Part shown: positions 36,894 to 55,862 of the stretch, piece after piece
Layout: the number at the start of each line of letters is the position of its first letter
How positions within the stretch are numbered: position 1 is the first letter of the stretch
Assembly: GCF_009914755.1 (NCBI RefSeq)
Contig: NC_060941.1
Source: the human T2T-CHM13v2.0 reference genome, Homo sapiens
Length of the DNA: 64,000 nucleotides
Strand: one strand, 5' to 3'
Notes under the pieces: generated by a model
What the model was told of the DNA's origin: nothing
Seen by the model: only the letters and a program-made list of their open reading frames with translations
Database searches by the model: none
Translations under genes and position numbers: made by a program

Positions 36894-37330
36894 CTATTCT
36901 TATTTCACTTGTTTTTGTGGACTTGTACCTTTGTTATTCCTTTAATATGATCTTAGTAAGGTCTCAGGATGGGGGAAAAAGTAAACAATATGTAAATAAT
37001 CTGCTACAACTGGTGGGATTTCATTTTTTAATAAGTTCTTCCTCAATTCTTAAAAGTAATTATACTTTTTAAGTATATATGTCTATACACATGTATACTT
37101 AACATATATAAAATATATACAAATATATACATATCATACTATATTATCAAGCTAAGCTTAAATAGCATTTAAATTCATCAATTATAAAACTTTATTATTC
37201 AATTTTGTGCGTTCCCATTATACACACATGTAAGACACTATGCCACAGAAAGTAACATATCTTCCAATATCAATAAATTTTTTTTAAAGGAGATGAAAAA
37301 GAATTAAGCAAGAAAAAAGCTACTAACTTA

Positions 37331-37540
<210 letters not shown>

Positions 37541-38154
37541 TTATATTTAGAGAAAATTCCAGAAAGAGCCAAATGGTCACTCCACTACCTTAATAAGAAA
37601 TGATCTTGTTAAAAAATATATAAAGCCAAAAAAAATCACATTTATTATCTAAAAAACTCCTGGCATTCATATGCATATTGAGGACTAAGAATTATAACCT
37701 GGAAAAAAGTTCCTTTACAACAACAGGAAAAGTCCACAGGTCAGCAAAACTGTTTCATCCACTCACATTCTGCTATTCATTACTATGTGAGAGAAAAAAT
37801 ATCCAGGAAAATATGCTGGGTAAAAGAACGGGAAGTTCAACAACAAAGATGACTGGAATGTTTGCAAAAGTCATGAATGCTGTAAGCATTCTCAAAGAGC
37901 TCTGACTTTATGAAGAAGGAGAACATCTTGCACAAACTCTCAAAGCATGCAACTCATCTGACGTCCACATTTTGTAGTGTCAGTATTTGGTTTCTTTAAT
38001 AGCCTCTTTCCTCACTTTTCATAAATTCAGAAATAGAATGTCCTTATACCACTTTCAATTCACTTTACAACATATCCTAAAAACATATCAGAGATAACAC
38101 TGGGCCCTAAGAGAGATGACTTATTTCAAAGTAAAAAGAAATACAAAACACTTT

Positions 38155-38570
38155 TGTAGTGGAGATGTTAGCTGCTTTCCCAATATCCATTCAGCCTTTA
38201 TGTCTTACTAAAAAATAACTTAAATTTTATTAGTGGCAATAATATGCCCAATTAATTGCAGCATATCCCAGACTCCCTTGCAGCCAAGCATAACCATATG
38301 TCTTTCTTGGTCAGTGAGATATAAGCAGAAGTCTTCTACTCATTCTTCCTGTTCAAAATGTGAGCATGCTTGCTGGAGCTTCAGCAGATACCTTTGAACC
38401 ACAAAAAAAAAGGCCAAAAGACCTGAAGACACGTAACTTCCTTGAGCCACAGAAACTAAGGAAACAACTGTTTATCGTGACTTTTCTGCATGAGAGAAAA
38501 CCTTTAAGTGTTCAACCACTCTATAGTTAGGACCCTGTGGTTTACAGCCAAGTGGAATTCCTAATGATAC
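38155..38570 (+). mobile_element. Old MaLR LTR (MLT1I/J-like)
   Basis: tgtagtggagatg ... cccagactcccttgcagc ... gagatataagcagaag ... cctaatgatac. Confidence 0.55.
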
Positions 38571-40539
38571 GCCATTTAGTGTGCTTCTATGAGCTCTCTC
38601 TATACATTTTTATTTAGGTATTTCCATTTAGTATCTTTAAATACAATAATGTTTTTAATATCTACACATCTGATTCTTCAGTTTATCTACATCCTAAAAA
38701 CAAACAAACAAAATCCCAAAAACACAAACCCTCTACTACCACTAAAACAGCTTAACAGTACTTCACTAATCAGCTCTGGTGTCTGCAAGCCAGTGCACTC
38801 ATAGGTCTGACAACCCAAGTTCCTTAACAACAGAATAACCAACACAGTCATCAATTATCAGAATGTGAAAGAATAAATGCCATTTTTTTATTGTTTCAAT
38901 TTAGTAAGTAAACAGAGTTTTTGAAGCATTCATTCCCTGCTAAAGTACATCAGGGAATTTTTTTTAAATACACATTATCAAGCTCTAAAATTTTTCCTGT
39001 ACTGGTTAATCTCCAAAGGGAAGAAGCTAAATAAAGGTACCCAAAGAAGTAAACTTAGCAACCTCATAATTCTAAGCACCTCTCTCAGGTAATCTCAGCT
39101 GGCTTCTCTAACACCTCTGGTTCCTCCCCCTACCAGCATGAGGACATGAACAGCCATGGATGGTGTTCTGCAAATGTTATCTCAGATAGTCTCTGGACAG
39201 GACCTGCAAGCAGACTTGCTCAGGGTCTAGAAAGTCTTCCCTGGACAAATTCCAGATCTCTAGCTAGCTAAGACAACTGCAGCCATTTTCCTGTACAACT
39301 TAATATTAACACCAATATTTAACCATCTTCAACTCCCTGAGTCCAAGTTAAGGAGAGGGAAAGTCTATGTATGTCCTGAGTCTCCAGCACATCTTCCTCA
39401 CCTCCACTAGGGCCTACAATTCACAACATTCTCTGTGTGGACCGTCATCTTGGACCCATATGAAATACTTGAAAGATAAGGCAGCCTGGCCACACAAAAG
39501 CACAATCACATGTTATTCTATCTACTTGTGCTGAGAGGAAAGCACAAATGCAAATGGACAAATAAAGACTAGGTGATAGCATGACAACTTCTTCAAATAC
39601 ACAATCTTTACACCAGGAAATCCCCAGTTGCCTCTTTGTTTTAGAAGACTCCATGAGTAAATCCTGAAAGGGTGACAGGTAATCAGGAAAGCAAGGGTTC
39701 AGCTGGAAGTAATGCCAAGGGACAGAGGGAGAGAAGAAGGAAGGATCTATGCATAAGAGCTCCTGTGAAACTCAATCTAGCAGACTAATGCTAAGCCACA
39801 GTTGTGAGCTCATGCTCATGAGGCTGTGTAAGTGATGGGGAGCCAAGTGGAGATAACCTGCTCATCACCCAGAGACCCAAGCAGCATCAGAAAAGGGCCT
39901 AGTGTGGCACACAGGCACACAGCTTGCAAGGTTCTAGTGAGAAAGGGGTTACTGCATGTAAAGGGAAGCAATCGGAAGGGTAGAAATCCACTCAGATGGT
40001 GCACTCTAATGCACCATGGGCTGTGTATGCAGCTGGCCTCCATCAATGTCTGGCAACAACCAGTCTTAGAATTCTGATATCCTAACTCCCATGCCTATGC
40101 CTATTTTTTGTCTGGATGCACAAGGAATAGATATTATATTCCCTACATGTACTGAAAACTGCCATGTAGCTATTGAAGGCACTATTACTAAGAAGTGCTG
40201 CTTTAGAGAAAAATGCATATTCACTGGTAAAGGAAAGTTCAAGAATTAGACCATAGGAAGAGAAGCCAAAAAGGAGCCAAAGATGACTCAAGAAGAAAAA
40301 AAGGCAGCACATCAAAAGAAGTGAAAATCTGGCAATATACAATTCCCATAATTGAATTCCCATATCCTCAAAGAGAGGAAAGAAACAAGATTGTACAAGA
40401 TTTGCTTATCCCCGTGGTTCCCAAACTGTGCACTGAGGGCCCCCAAGGTACCAGTGCTACTCAAGGGGCGCCTTAGAGTACATCAAATTGTTTAAGGTTT
40501 GGGAGGCTGAAGCAGGTGGATCACGAGGTCAGGAGTTCA

Positions 40540-42085
<1,546 letters not shown>

Positions 42086-42262
42086 AGGCTGGGCACAGCG
42101 GCTCACAACTGTAATCCCAGCACTTTGGGAGGCCGAGGCGGGCAATCACCTGAGGTCAGGAGTTTGAGACCAGCCTGGCCAACATGGTGAAACCCCATCT
42201 CTACTAAAGATACAAAAAATTAGCTGGGCATGGTGGTGCGTACCTGTAATCCCATCTACTCA

Positions 42263-42647
<385 letters not shown>

Positions 42648-42947
42648 TCATGAGATCAGGAGATCGAGACCATCCCGGCTAACCCAGTGAAACCTTGTCT
42701 CTATTAAAAATACAAAAAATTAGCCAGGCATGGTGGCCGGCACCTATAGTCCCAGCTACTCGGGAGGCTGAGGCAGGAGAATGGCGTGAACCCAGAGGCA
42801 GAGCTTGCAGTGAGCTGAGATCACACCATTGCAATCTAGTCTGGGTGACAGAGCCAGACTCCATCTCAAAAAAAAAAAAAAACCAGAAATAATGGACTGT
42901 AAAACAAAATAAATCTTAAATCAAGAACACTAAGTTCTATAACCTTA

Positions 42948-43094
<147 letters not shown>

Positions 43095-44024
43095 TTATAC
43101 CATCTGCTTAAAAAAACACAAATTTGTTCCAAAATGATTATTAGGATTTCATGCACGATGCAAAATTACCATTGGCTTATGTTATGATTTCATGTATAAG
43201 AAATAATAGATGACCTCAGAAAACTACACCTAGCTGAAGACATAGGCTGCAACTCTTTGGATGCCCACTTCTATAAGCAAATTTGAGGTCTTCTTCAAAA
43301 TAAAATGCCATATTTATTGCAGTGTTTACATATTTCTTCCCCATTAAACATGCAAAAACTGTGCTGTTTTTATCAGGTTCCTTTTTCTGTGTCAATGACA
43401 AAAGTTCTGAGAGTTGTGCCCTTTAATACTATTTGCACATAACTTTATTGCAAAATTTTGCAAAGAACATGTATATAACATAATAGAAGAACTGACCATA
43501 TAACAAACTCTAGTTCCATAAAATGTCGGATTACCCCATCCTCCTGCATAACACTCTCTCAGGTCTTGCATGAGTTGTTGAACAAGATGTCATGGAAGGC
43601 CAGGTGTGGTAGCTCATGCCTGGAATCCCATCATTTAGGGAGGCAGAGGCGGGAGAATAGCTTGAGCCCAGGAGTTTGAGACCTGCCTGGGCAACATAGC
43701 AAGATCCCATTCTCAAAAAAAAAACATAATAATGTCAGGTAGCAATAAGCATTATAAAGGAAAATAAATCAGGGTAAGGGAAAAAAGAGTAGCAGGGCAA
43801 AGGGGAAGTCCATTTTTATTTAAAGACAATGAATATTTGTCTATAGGAGAATTGAGAAAACAGGGAGAAGAGGCAGGGATAAAATCTAGATTTTACTAAG
43901 TGTACTTCCTTTCGTAGCTTTGAGTTTGAAACCATACATAATTTTCAAACGAAATTAAATCAAAAGAAAATAAAATCCCTAAAAATCAAAAGTAAAGGAA
44001 CCTAATCATGTATCAACCTGATAG

Positions 44025-44303
<279 letters not shown>

Positions 44304-44989
44304 TGATCTGCCCACCTCGGCCTCCCAAAGTGCTGAGATTACAGACATGAGCCACTGAACCTGGCCTCAAGTTAACTTTGAAACTCAATAATTTGATTGC
44401 ATATACCCAATGGGATTATCCTAAGGACAAAAAAGATCTTAAATGGCTTTCAATGACCACATTTTAAAAAATTTTAAGTCAGATAGGACCAATAAATAAT
44501 CATATTTTAAGTAATATTCATAGAGTTCTTTTGATACCATGTTGTAATTTTGAAACTATAGAGGCAACGGGACAGAAAAGAGAAGAGCCTAAACTCACAA
44601 GGACAAAAAGAACAGAAAAGTTCACAGCCACCAAAATTTGGAAGGTATAAAGTTGATGGACGAGTAGTATTTGACTTAGTTGACCCAAGAAGATAGAACC
44701 TTAGCCAGCTGGAAAGCCCAGAAGTAAACCAATTTACATCACAGAACTCCAAAATGCTCAGTAATCAGCAGTACCACATACCTTTCAGAGTAGCACTGAA
44801 GGTAGGACTAAAAGCAGGATTGATTGAAAGTCTATTTAGAAGCCGTTAGAATACAGTTCATCATAGTGTATCGTATTCAGGATTTTTGGTAAGTGAATAG
44901 ATTACAGCTGCTCATGGAGGGAGGGGTGAGTAACTGTGAGTTGATGAATACATTAATTTATTTCACCGTAGTAACCATTTTACTATATA

Positions 44990-45397
44990 TAGATGCCCCT
45001 CAACCTAAGATGGTGTCACTTCTGAATAAACCCATTGTAGGCTGAAATTGTCCTGGGTCAAAATGCATTTAATACACCTAACCTACCGAATATCATGGCT
45101 AAGCCCAGCTACCTTAAACATACTCAGAATACTTACACTGGCCTACAATTGGGCACACAAAGCCTATTTTATGAAGTGTTGAATATCTCCAGCATCAGCT
45201 GTTTACTCTGGTGATCGCAGGCTGACTAGGAGCTGCAGCTCGCTGCTGCCACCCAGCATCACAAGAGAGTTCTGTACTGCATATTGCTAATACAGAAAAA
45301 GATCAAAATTCAAAATTTGAGGGATGGTTTCTACTGAATGCATATCATTCTCCCACCATCATAAAGTCAAAAAATTGTAAGCCAGTGACTATTTGTA
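44990..45397. mobile_element. Tigger5/MER47-like DNA transposon
   Basis: aaatgcatttaatacacctaacctaccgaa ... gatcaaaattcaaaatttgag. Confidence 0.65.
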
Positions 45398-47028
45398 TAT
45401 CTCATAATATCATGCTGCATACCTTAAATATACATAATACAACGTAATTTTTTATATAGAATTCTTTTTAAAAGAAGCAGTTAGAATTTTATATCCTTTC
45501 CCCAACCTTATGCAGGTAGGCAATGCCCATCTCCCACTATAGCAAAAAACTGTACATTCATACTTGGGACAGAGTAAAACAGAGGGTCTCTGAACTGCAG
45601 AACAGCAGGAAAAATTAAAAGCAAGGGTACTACACTGATAAAAAGATTAGTGGAAAAGAGTTATTAAACGAAATTTTACACTGACTATTGAGAACTCCAT
45701 ACTTCTTCCCCCATTTTGCTACTCCAGATAATATCAGGTTTATACTCTTTAGGCAAAAGATTGGATGAGTCTTTTGGGGGATCTGAGTAGCCCTCCAAAA
45801 GGGAAATAGTCCCAAGAATTGCCCCCGCCATATCATTCATCAAAGAGGCTTGCTTGCTGTCAATGAGACACTCCCACATACAGAGCTCTCAAACAACTTT
45901 CAAATTCTCCATCATCAAGAAGCATACAATATACTGCATGTTGAAATAAGAACAATACTCAGAGAAAAAGAACTTCTGAAAATTTAAAACATGAGAGCAT
46001 AAAAGAAAAACTCACTAAAAGGGTAAGAAGAAACATTAATAAATTAGAGCAATAAGACAAAAAGATGGAAAATATGACCAAAAAAAGATAAAAATCAGCA
46101 GGGCACTCAGGTACTTGTTATGTTATATATTACTTTTAAACTGTATAACTGTTTTAAACATCTTGTATGTATGATACATTTCACAATAGCACATTTTTAA
46201 TCATTAAAAAGAAGGGCATGATCAACTGTAACAAATGTGGATATATCAGGACAATGAGGACTGAGAACTGACCCCTAGGATTTGGCAGCACAAAGATCTT
46301 GACAGGAGCAGTTTTGAAACATTTACACCAGCACACACAAGAAAAAAGATAACTAGAAGAAAACAAAAGATGTGAATGCTCTTTATATAGAAAAGTATAA
46401 AAATGTATCAAAACACATTAAAGAAACCTAAATAAGTGGAGAAATACACATTCATAATTAGGTGACTTAATATTGTAAAGAACCTGCCTGTCCTTGAATA
46501 GGTCATACTATACAGTCAATGCAATTCCCATCAAAATCCCAAAATGGTTTTCATAAACTTATTGAGCTGAAATTAAACTATATGTGGGGGGAAAGGGCCA
46601 AGAATAGCCAGAGTGATTCTGAAGAATACTGAAATGCTCTCTGCCTCTCCTTCCCTCCCTGACCACACACACATACTGACACAAATTTAAAAATTCTTAT
46701 AATATAGACAAAAAAAGAAACCCCATCTTGTATTTCAAGCTGACATGACAAATGTGACACTGCGTATCAGTGGAGAAAAGACAAATATTTAATAAATAGG
46801 ACATGTGACTGATTTCTACCTTGCTCCATCTACAAAAATGAGTTACAGGTAAAATTAAATGTGGAAAAAAAAATCTTTAGAAGAAAATATAGAACACCAT
46901 TATAACACTAGGGCAGCATGACAGAGAATATTAGTACAAGTTGTTTGTACCAATATATTATAAAGTTGTAGATATCTAAGTTTTTAGTTAGAAGAAATTC
47001 TGGGACATGTACACAAGAATGTCTGTTA

Positions 47029-47029
47029 T

Positions 47030-47079
<50 letters not shown>

Positions 47080-47086
47080 TTTTTTT
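47029..47086. repeat. (TA)n followed by poly(T) at an Alu tail
   Basis: atatacatatatatatatatatatatat...ttttttttt. Confidence 0.9.
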
Positions 47087-47574
47087 GTTTGTTTGTTTTT
47101 TTGGAGACAGGGTCTTGCTCTGTTGCCCAGGCTGGAGTGCAGTGGCACAATCATGGCTCACTGCAGCCTCAAACTCCCAAGCTGAGACTACAGGCATGCA
47201 CCACCATACCCAGCTACTTTTTCTATTTTTGGTAAAGGTGGGGTCTTGCCATGATGCCCTGGCTGGTCTTGAACTTGGGGGTTCATGCGATCCTCCCACT
47301 TCAGCCCCCAGAGAAGCTCTGACTACAGGTGTGCACCACCACGTCTGGCTAACCTTTTAGTTTCTGTAGAGAAAGAATCTCACTATGTTGCCCAGACTGG
47401 TTTCAAATTTCTGGGTACAAGCAATCCTTCCTCCTCAGCCTCCCAAACTACTGGGATTACAGGTTGTGAACCACAATGCCTGGCTCATTACATTTTGGAC
47501 AGTGAAAAGGTAGAAGTAACCCAACTATAAATCAGTAGGGAAATGGATAAACTGTGTTTTAGTTATATTATACA

Positions 47575-47756
47575 ATTCAGGTATTGGAATGAATTTTGAA
47601 TTTTAGAACATTCACATTATACTGAGCATTCCAAATGCAAAAATCTAAAATCTGAAATGCTTCAGTGAGCATTTCCATTGGGCATCATGCTGGCACTCTA
47701 AAAGTTTCAGATTTGGGGGCATTTCAGATTTTCTAATTTGGCAGGCTCAACCTGTA
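47575..47756. mobile_element. Tigger4/MER46-like DNA transposon fragment
   Basis: aaaatctgaaatgct ... aaaagtttcagatttggg ... gctcaacctgta. Confidence 0.65.
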
Positions 47757-48395
47757 ACTATAAAAACACAAAAACCCTGTGTTAAGTATGGATACAATTG
47801 TATGCAGAAATATGAAATCTACAGGAAGAATATACCCCTAGCAAGAGCAGAAAGAGAAAAGGCACTTTAGCTGTACTTAACAGCATTTTTTTTTGTTTGT
47901 TTTTTTGTTTGTTTTTTGAGACAGAGTCACTCTCTGTCACCCAGGCTGGAGTACAATGGCACGATCTCAGCTCACTGCAACCTCCCCCTCCCAGGGACCC
48001 CAGTGCTCCTGGAGGGGGTTCAACGATTCTCCAGCCTCAGCCTCCCGAGTAGCTGGGATTACAGGTGCGCGCCACCATACCTGGCTAATTTTTGTATTTT
48101 TAGTAGAGACGGGGTTTCACCATGTTGGTCAGGCTGGTCTCAAACTCCTGACCTCATGATCTGCCCACCTCGGCCTCCCAAAGTGGTGGGATTACAGGCG
48201 TAAGCCACTGCGCCCAGCAACTTATGGCATTATATATATTTTAAAAACACATCTAAGACAAATATGGCAAAATATTGACCTATATAAAAGTAACACAGCC
48301 TAGTGGGTACCTTGAGTATCTGCTCTACTATTTTGTTTAAAATGTTTCATGATTTTAAAAGTTTTAATTACTTTTGGTAAATAAATAAAACCACT

Positions 48396-48526
48396 TGACT
48401 AGTTAATGGGTGCAGCACACCAACATGGCACATGTATACATTTGTAACAAACCTGCACGTTGTGCACATGTACCCTAAAACCTAAAATAATAACAAAATT
48501 TAAAAAAAAGAAAAAAGAAAAAAAAG
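48396..48526 (+). mobile_element. Extremely 5'-truncated L1PA 3' tail with poly(A) and TSD
   Basis: ttaatgggtgcagcacaccaacatggcacatgtatac...gtaccctaaaac plus an A-rich tail. TSD aaaaccact at 48387-48395 and 48527-48535. Confidence 0.85.
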
Positions 48527-49343
48527 AAAACCACTGTACTAGATTACTTTTAAAGGTAACTCTCAGTTCTCATAATGCTGGTTATAAACTGCCATGGCAC
48601 TGCTGCTGTGGTCCATGTTTTCCCTTCCACACCCAGCTAATACTTAATTACATTCAGTTTAGGGATTATGGTCTTCACAACTAGCACAGTGCCTAGAATG
48701 AGCATCTACTAAATAAGCACTAGACGAACAACTAAAAAGACCTGATACAAACTGCTGCACATAATCAGCACTTGATATTATTCAATTATTAAAGTAATCA
48801 AATCTCTAGCTTTTCTGATACTATTCCTTCATGATCAAACCATGGTTCCTTCTTTTTAATAGTTTTACCTAATATCTCTTTTTTGTAGGTTTTCTGGTAC
48901 CCTTCACTATTCCAAAGTACACTGGCTCTATTTAGTCACTTGGCTTCTAGTTCCTTTATGAAAATTCTTCCCATATATTTATGAAGTTCATTCCTTAACT
49001 TACATAAGTATTTTCTGAAGGACGTTCAGATTGTTTATAACACTCTTTTGACTCAGGTTTTTTCCCCAAATGAGTTGTTCCTTTCTTTCCTTAGTTTCAC
49101 TCATTCTGCTGGTTTCTCTATTTCTTTCTGTTTGGATACAAACAGAATTTGAGATCATTTCCTATAAAGTTTTCATGTACCTTCAGAATCCAAAATTATT
49201 GTTTAATAGAAGATGATTGAGCAAATTTTAAAAAGGTAGGAATATAATTCTGAGAATTCAAACAACTAAATAAAATGCTCATTTGAAAAGGTGCCCTACA
49301 CAAGAAAGTGTAATATATGGGTTAAAAAAAAGATGCTAGTTTA

Positions 49344-49559
<216 letters not shown>

Positions 49560-50798
49560 CTAAAATTAACAACATAAAATTAAAACTGGTCTAATAATCA
49601 AATGCAAGTCAGAATAGTGACTAGACTAAGGAATTTTTTTTTTTCCCCCACAAAAGTGGGCATGAAGTCCAATTCCATCTAAGGTTTCAAAAAAATCTCT
49701 TTGGAAAAGCTTTCCTTTAGAAAACCTTTCTTTTAAAAGTGTTTGCATAAAGACTTCTGAAATGTTTTCCAAAAATGATACTTAAAAATATATCGTACCA
49801 CTTATCCGCATGTACTTGCCTCCCTCTCCTGAAGTTTTTGAGAAAGTAAATTTTTATCATCACAACATCCCCCGGTTCTAGCTCATGGCCTAACAAAGCA
49901 GATACTTAATAACTCTCCACTTAATGACTAAACACAAAATGTCCAGAGACTTTAAATTAACGACATCTTACACACACACGTTTTAAATATATAATGAAGA
50001 AAAATTATAAGCAGGAAACCAAGAGACCACATTATGTAAAAAAATAGACAAATCAGGAAGGGTGCCTGCACTTAAGACCAGAAATGTATTTATAGATTTG
50101 GAAAACCTTACAGGTATCCTTGTGTTCCTCTTGTTTTTGTTTTATCAGGGGTAGTAGTTGATTTGTTAGTAGGAGATAGGATAGGAAGGGAAGAAAAGCA
50201 TGTAAATATATTTAAACAAATACTTAAGAGCTAACTAGCTACGTATCTTTTGTCGTTTATCTAGTGCAAGGACCCTAGTTGACAACTCATTGAATATCTT
50301 GATTATACAATGGTTTTCTACAACAATGAACTTCATAGCTTATTGTGTCAAGCCCCTATTAACCTGTTTCATCTTTGCCTTTATTTAAGGAACGGAAAAA
50401 TACTATATTATGCTCTTTAAACCCAAGCCTTAAATACCTGGTTCACTGCTGCTGCTCCTTTGAATGTCACTGTGCCATGGTATCGGTCACTGATACCACT
50501 TATTTTCATGTGTGTGACATGCACTTGACACAATCTCTCCTTATCACTTTTTGAAGAGACTTTGTATCTCAAGGTAATGAAGGGAAGTGAAGATGGAAGA
50601 ACTAGCACTACTGAGCCTCAACCATGCGCTAGGCACTGTTAAAAGAGCTTTCCGGCAGGGTGTGAATCACGGCTCACACCTGTAATTCCAGCACTTTGGG
50701 CCTGTAATTCCAGCACTTTGGGAGGCCGAGGCGGGCAGATCACGAGGTCAGGAGATCGAGACCATCCTGGCTAACATGGTGAAACCCCGTCTCTACTA

Positions 50799-50990
<192 letters not shown>

Positions 50991-51357
50991 TTATCTAACT
51001 TTAGCCCATTCACATATAAATAAAGTTCAGACAGGTAATTTGCCCTAGATCACACAATTAAAAAGTAGTCAAGCTGAGATGTGATTCTAACTCCACAATA
51101 TCTTTCCAGTGGTTTAGGCAGGAACTTTCCCAGTTTCTTCTCCTGCTATTTACAAAATTACCTGCATCTACAATCACCCTGGTCATTCTTTCTCGTAACA
51201 GTGGAAGAGATGCTTCTCTTCCATGGGCGCTCCTCTCTCCACCTGTGCTCTGCATTCCATGCTCCTCTATGTCCCCAGTGGCCTAGAACAACTCCCCTCG
51301 GCTCCTGACATTTTCATCCTCTCCTTTTGTTATGGCATTTTTTCCCTCTGTAGATAA

Positions 51358-51673
<316 letters not shown>

Positions 51674-52623
51674 TGATCCACCCGCCTCAGCCTCCCAAAG
51701 TGCTGGGATTACAGGCATGAGCCTATAAACAACATATCTTGAAATTATCATCTTCACTGACTCAAATGTGTCACATCCTATATATCCCTTAATTCAACAT
51801 AACCCACTCTGTCTTCAACCCTTGAATAAAAATGCCTTTACTAAGATTATCAATAATTTCTATTGTCAAGTCCAGCAAGTATTTCCCGTACTCCTTAAGG
51901 TACTTGAACTTTTTGCTCCATCTGTACTGTGGACCATTCTTCTCAACACTCTGCCCCTTCATTCAGTGACCCTGCAATCTCTTGTTTTTCCTACTTCTTG
52001 GGGACTCCTTCTGAGTCTCTTTTGTGAGTACATACTTCTCATTTGCCCCTCAAAAAGGAGGAGAAGGAGAAGAGTATAGAGTTCCCCATGAGCCACCCTG
52101 GGCTCTTCACCCTTCACTTGTTGTACTTACCCGAGTGACCATGCTCACTGTCCCTCCTACCTTTAACTACCACTCACAGAATGATGGTTCCTACTTTTTG
52201 ATCTTCAGCCAAAATTCTCTCTGATGAGCTCTAGATCCCTTTGTTCACTTGCCTATACAACACATTCATGCCTGTACGTTAACTCATCACCTTTATATTC
52301 CAAAGCACTGCTCCCCAAGTTCCCTCAGAGTGACCTTGCCAGCCGGCCATTGTCACCAGCAAGGTCTCACTCTTCCTCAGGTTCCAAGTTCAAGCAATCT
52401 TCAAGATCTGTGCGCTCTTTGCCTTTCTCTTACCTGGCTCTTCTCCTTCCTTACTGCCGCCTTAGTTCAGGCTTCGTTCTCAAAACAGTAATGACGACAA
52501 CAACAATGATGATAAAATAAAAGGTGCAAGGGTCTCAAGGTGTCCTCTCTCCTCTAGTGGAGACCTCTGTATTTCCTCTCTCACTCCAACCTAGTCCTCC
52601 ACCCTGCTTTTGGGAGAATCTAG

Positions 52624-52920
<297 letters not shown>

Positions 52921-53129
52921 TGATCCACCCGCCTAGGCCTCCCAAAGTGCTGGGATTACAGGCGTGAGCCACCGTGTCCGGCCTAGCTCACTACAACTTT
53001 TAAGAATGCAGCTGAAATTCCTTTGCTTGACCTCCAAATACTGTCAGGCCTCTGTCTACCTCTCTAGCTTTCTTTTCCCTTCACCCATCACCAATGCTCT
53101 CTGCATCCACCAAACTGAACTACTGAGTG

Positions 53130-53300
53130 CAGCCTTGTTCTTTCTGCAATGATGGAAAAGGCCTATATTTGAGCTATCCACTATGGGAGCTACCAGCTAG
53201 CTAAGGCTACTAAGCACTTGAAATGTGGCTGGTGTGAATAAGAAAATGAATTTTAAAATTCACTTAATTTTAACAAATTTAAACGTAAATGGCCATGGAG
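53130..53300. mobile_element. MER3-like hAT element
   Basis: ctttctgcaatgatggaaa ... agcacttgaaatgtggct. Confidence 0.6.
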
Positions 53301-53594
53301 AGCTAGAGTTCCTTCAGTGGCTCACGCTTCTATGACTTCATGTACGGAAATTCTTCTGCTTACAATATCATTCTTTCACTAATTCTTGCAATCTTTCTTC
53401 AAAACTCAGCTCAAACAATCCCCTCTTTTTAGCAGCCTTCCTAAATCCTTAATCTAATTTTGATGTTCCCCAATCACATTCCCATAGGCAATGAAGATAC
53501 ATATACATATGCTTCTGGCAATGACTGAGTTACCTACCTCTTCTCCATACAATTAAATTAAAACCTCCTTAATGTCAGGGACCTGGTCATCTCA

Positions 53595-53969
<375 letters not shown>

Positions 53970-54373
53970 TCAAGATTTACCATCTAAATAGCATTTAATC
54001 TCTAGTCAGTATCATAATTAAAAGAGTGATTTGGAGTTTTTTTATTGTTTGTAATTTTTTGTTTTGGGGGGGCCTAGAATTTTTCTGGAATAAAATAGCA
54101 GCTAGATATTTACATGAGAATGTAAAAACGACAACGTTATATCACATGCCTGTGTATCTCAAGCCTCTGTATGAGTCTACACCAGTCCTAGAAAGAAGGG
54201 GAAGCATGTATGAAATCATCTTATTTTTGGCAGATGATGTTAAATGTAAGGTCTATCAAACCATACCATTTTCTAATCCCACTAACTGGAAACTATATAC
54301 AAATGTTCGTACTTTCCTTTTTTCCCCTGCTTTCCACTTTATTTCCATTTTTTTTAAAGGCTTCCTAAAATGA

Positions 54374-55862
<1,489 letters not shown>

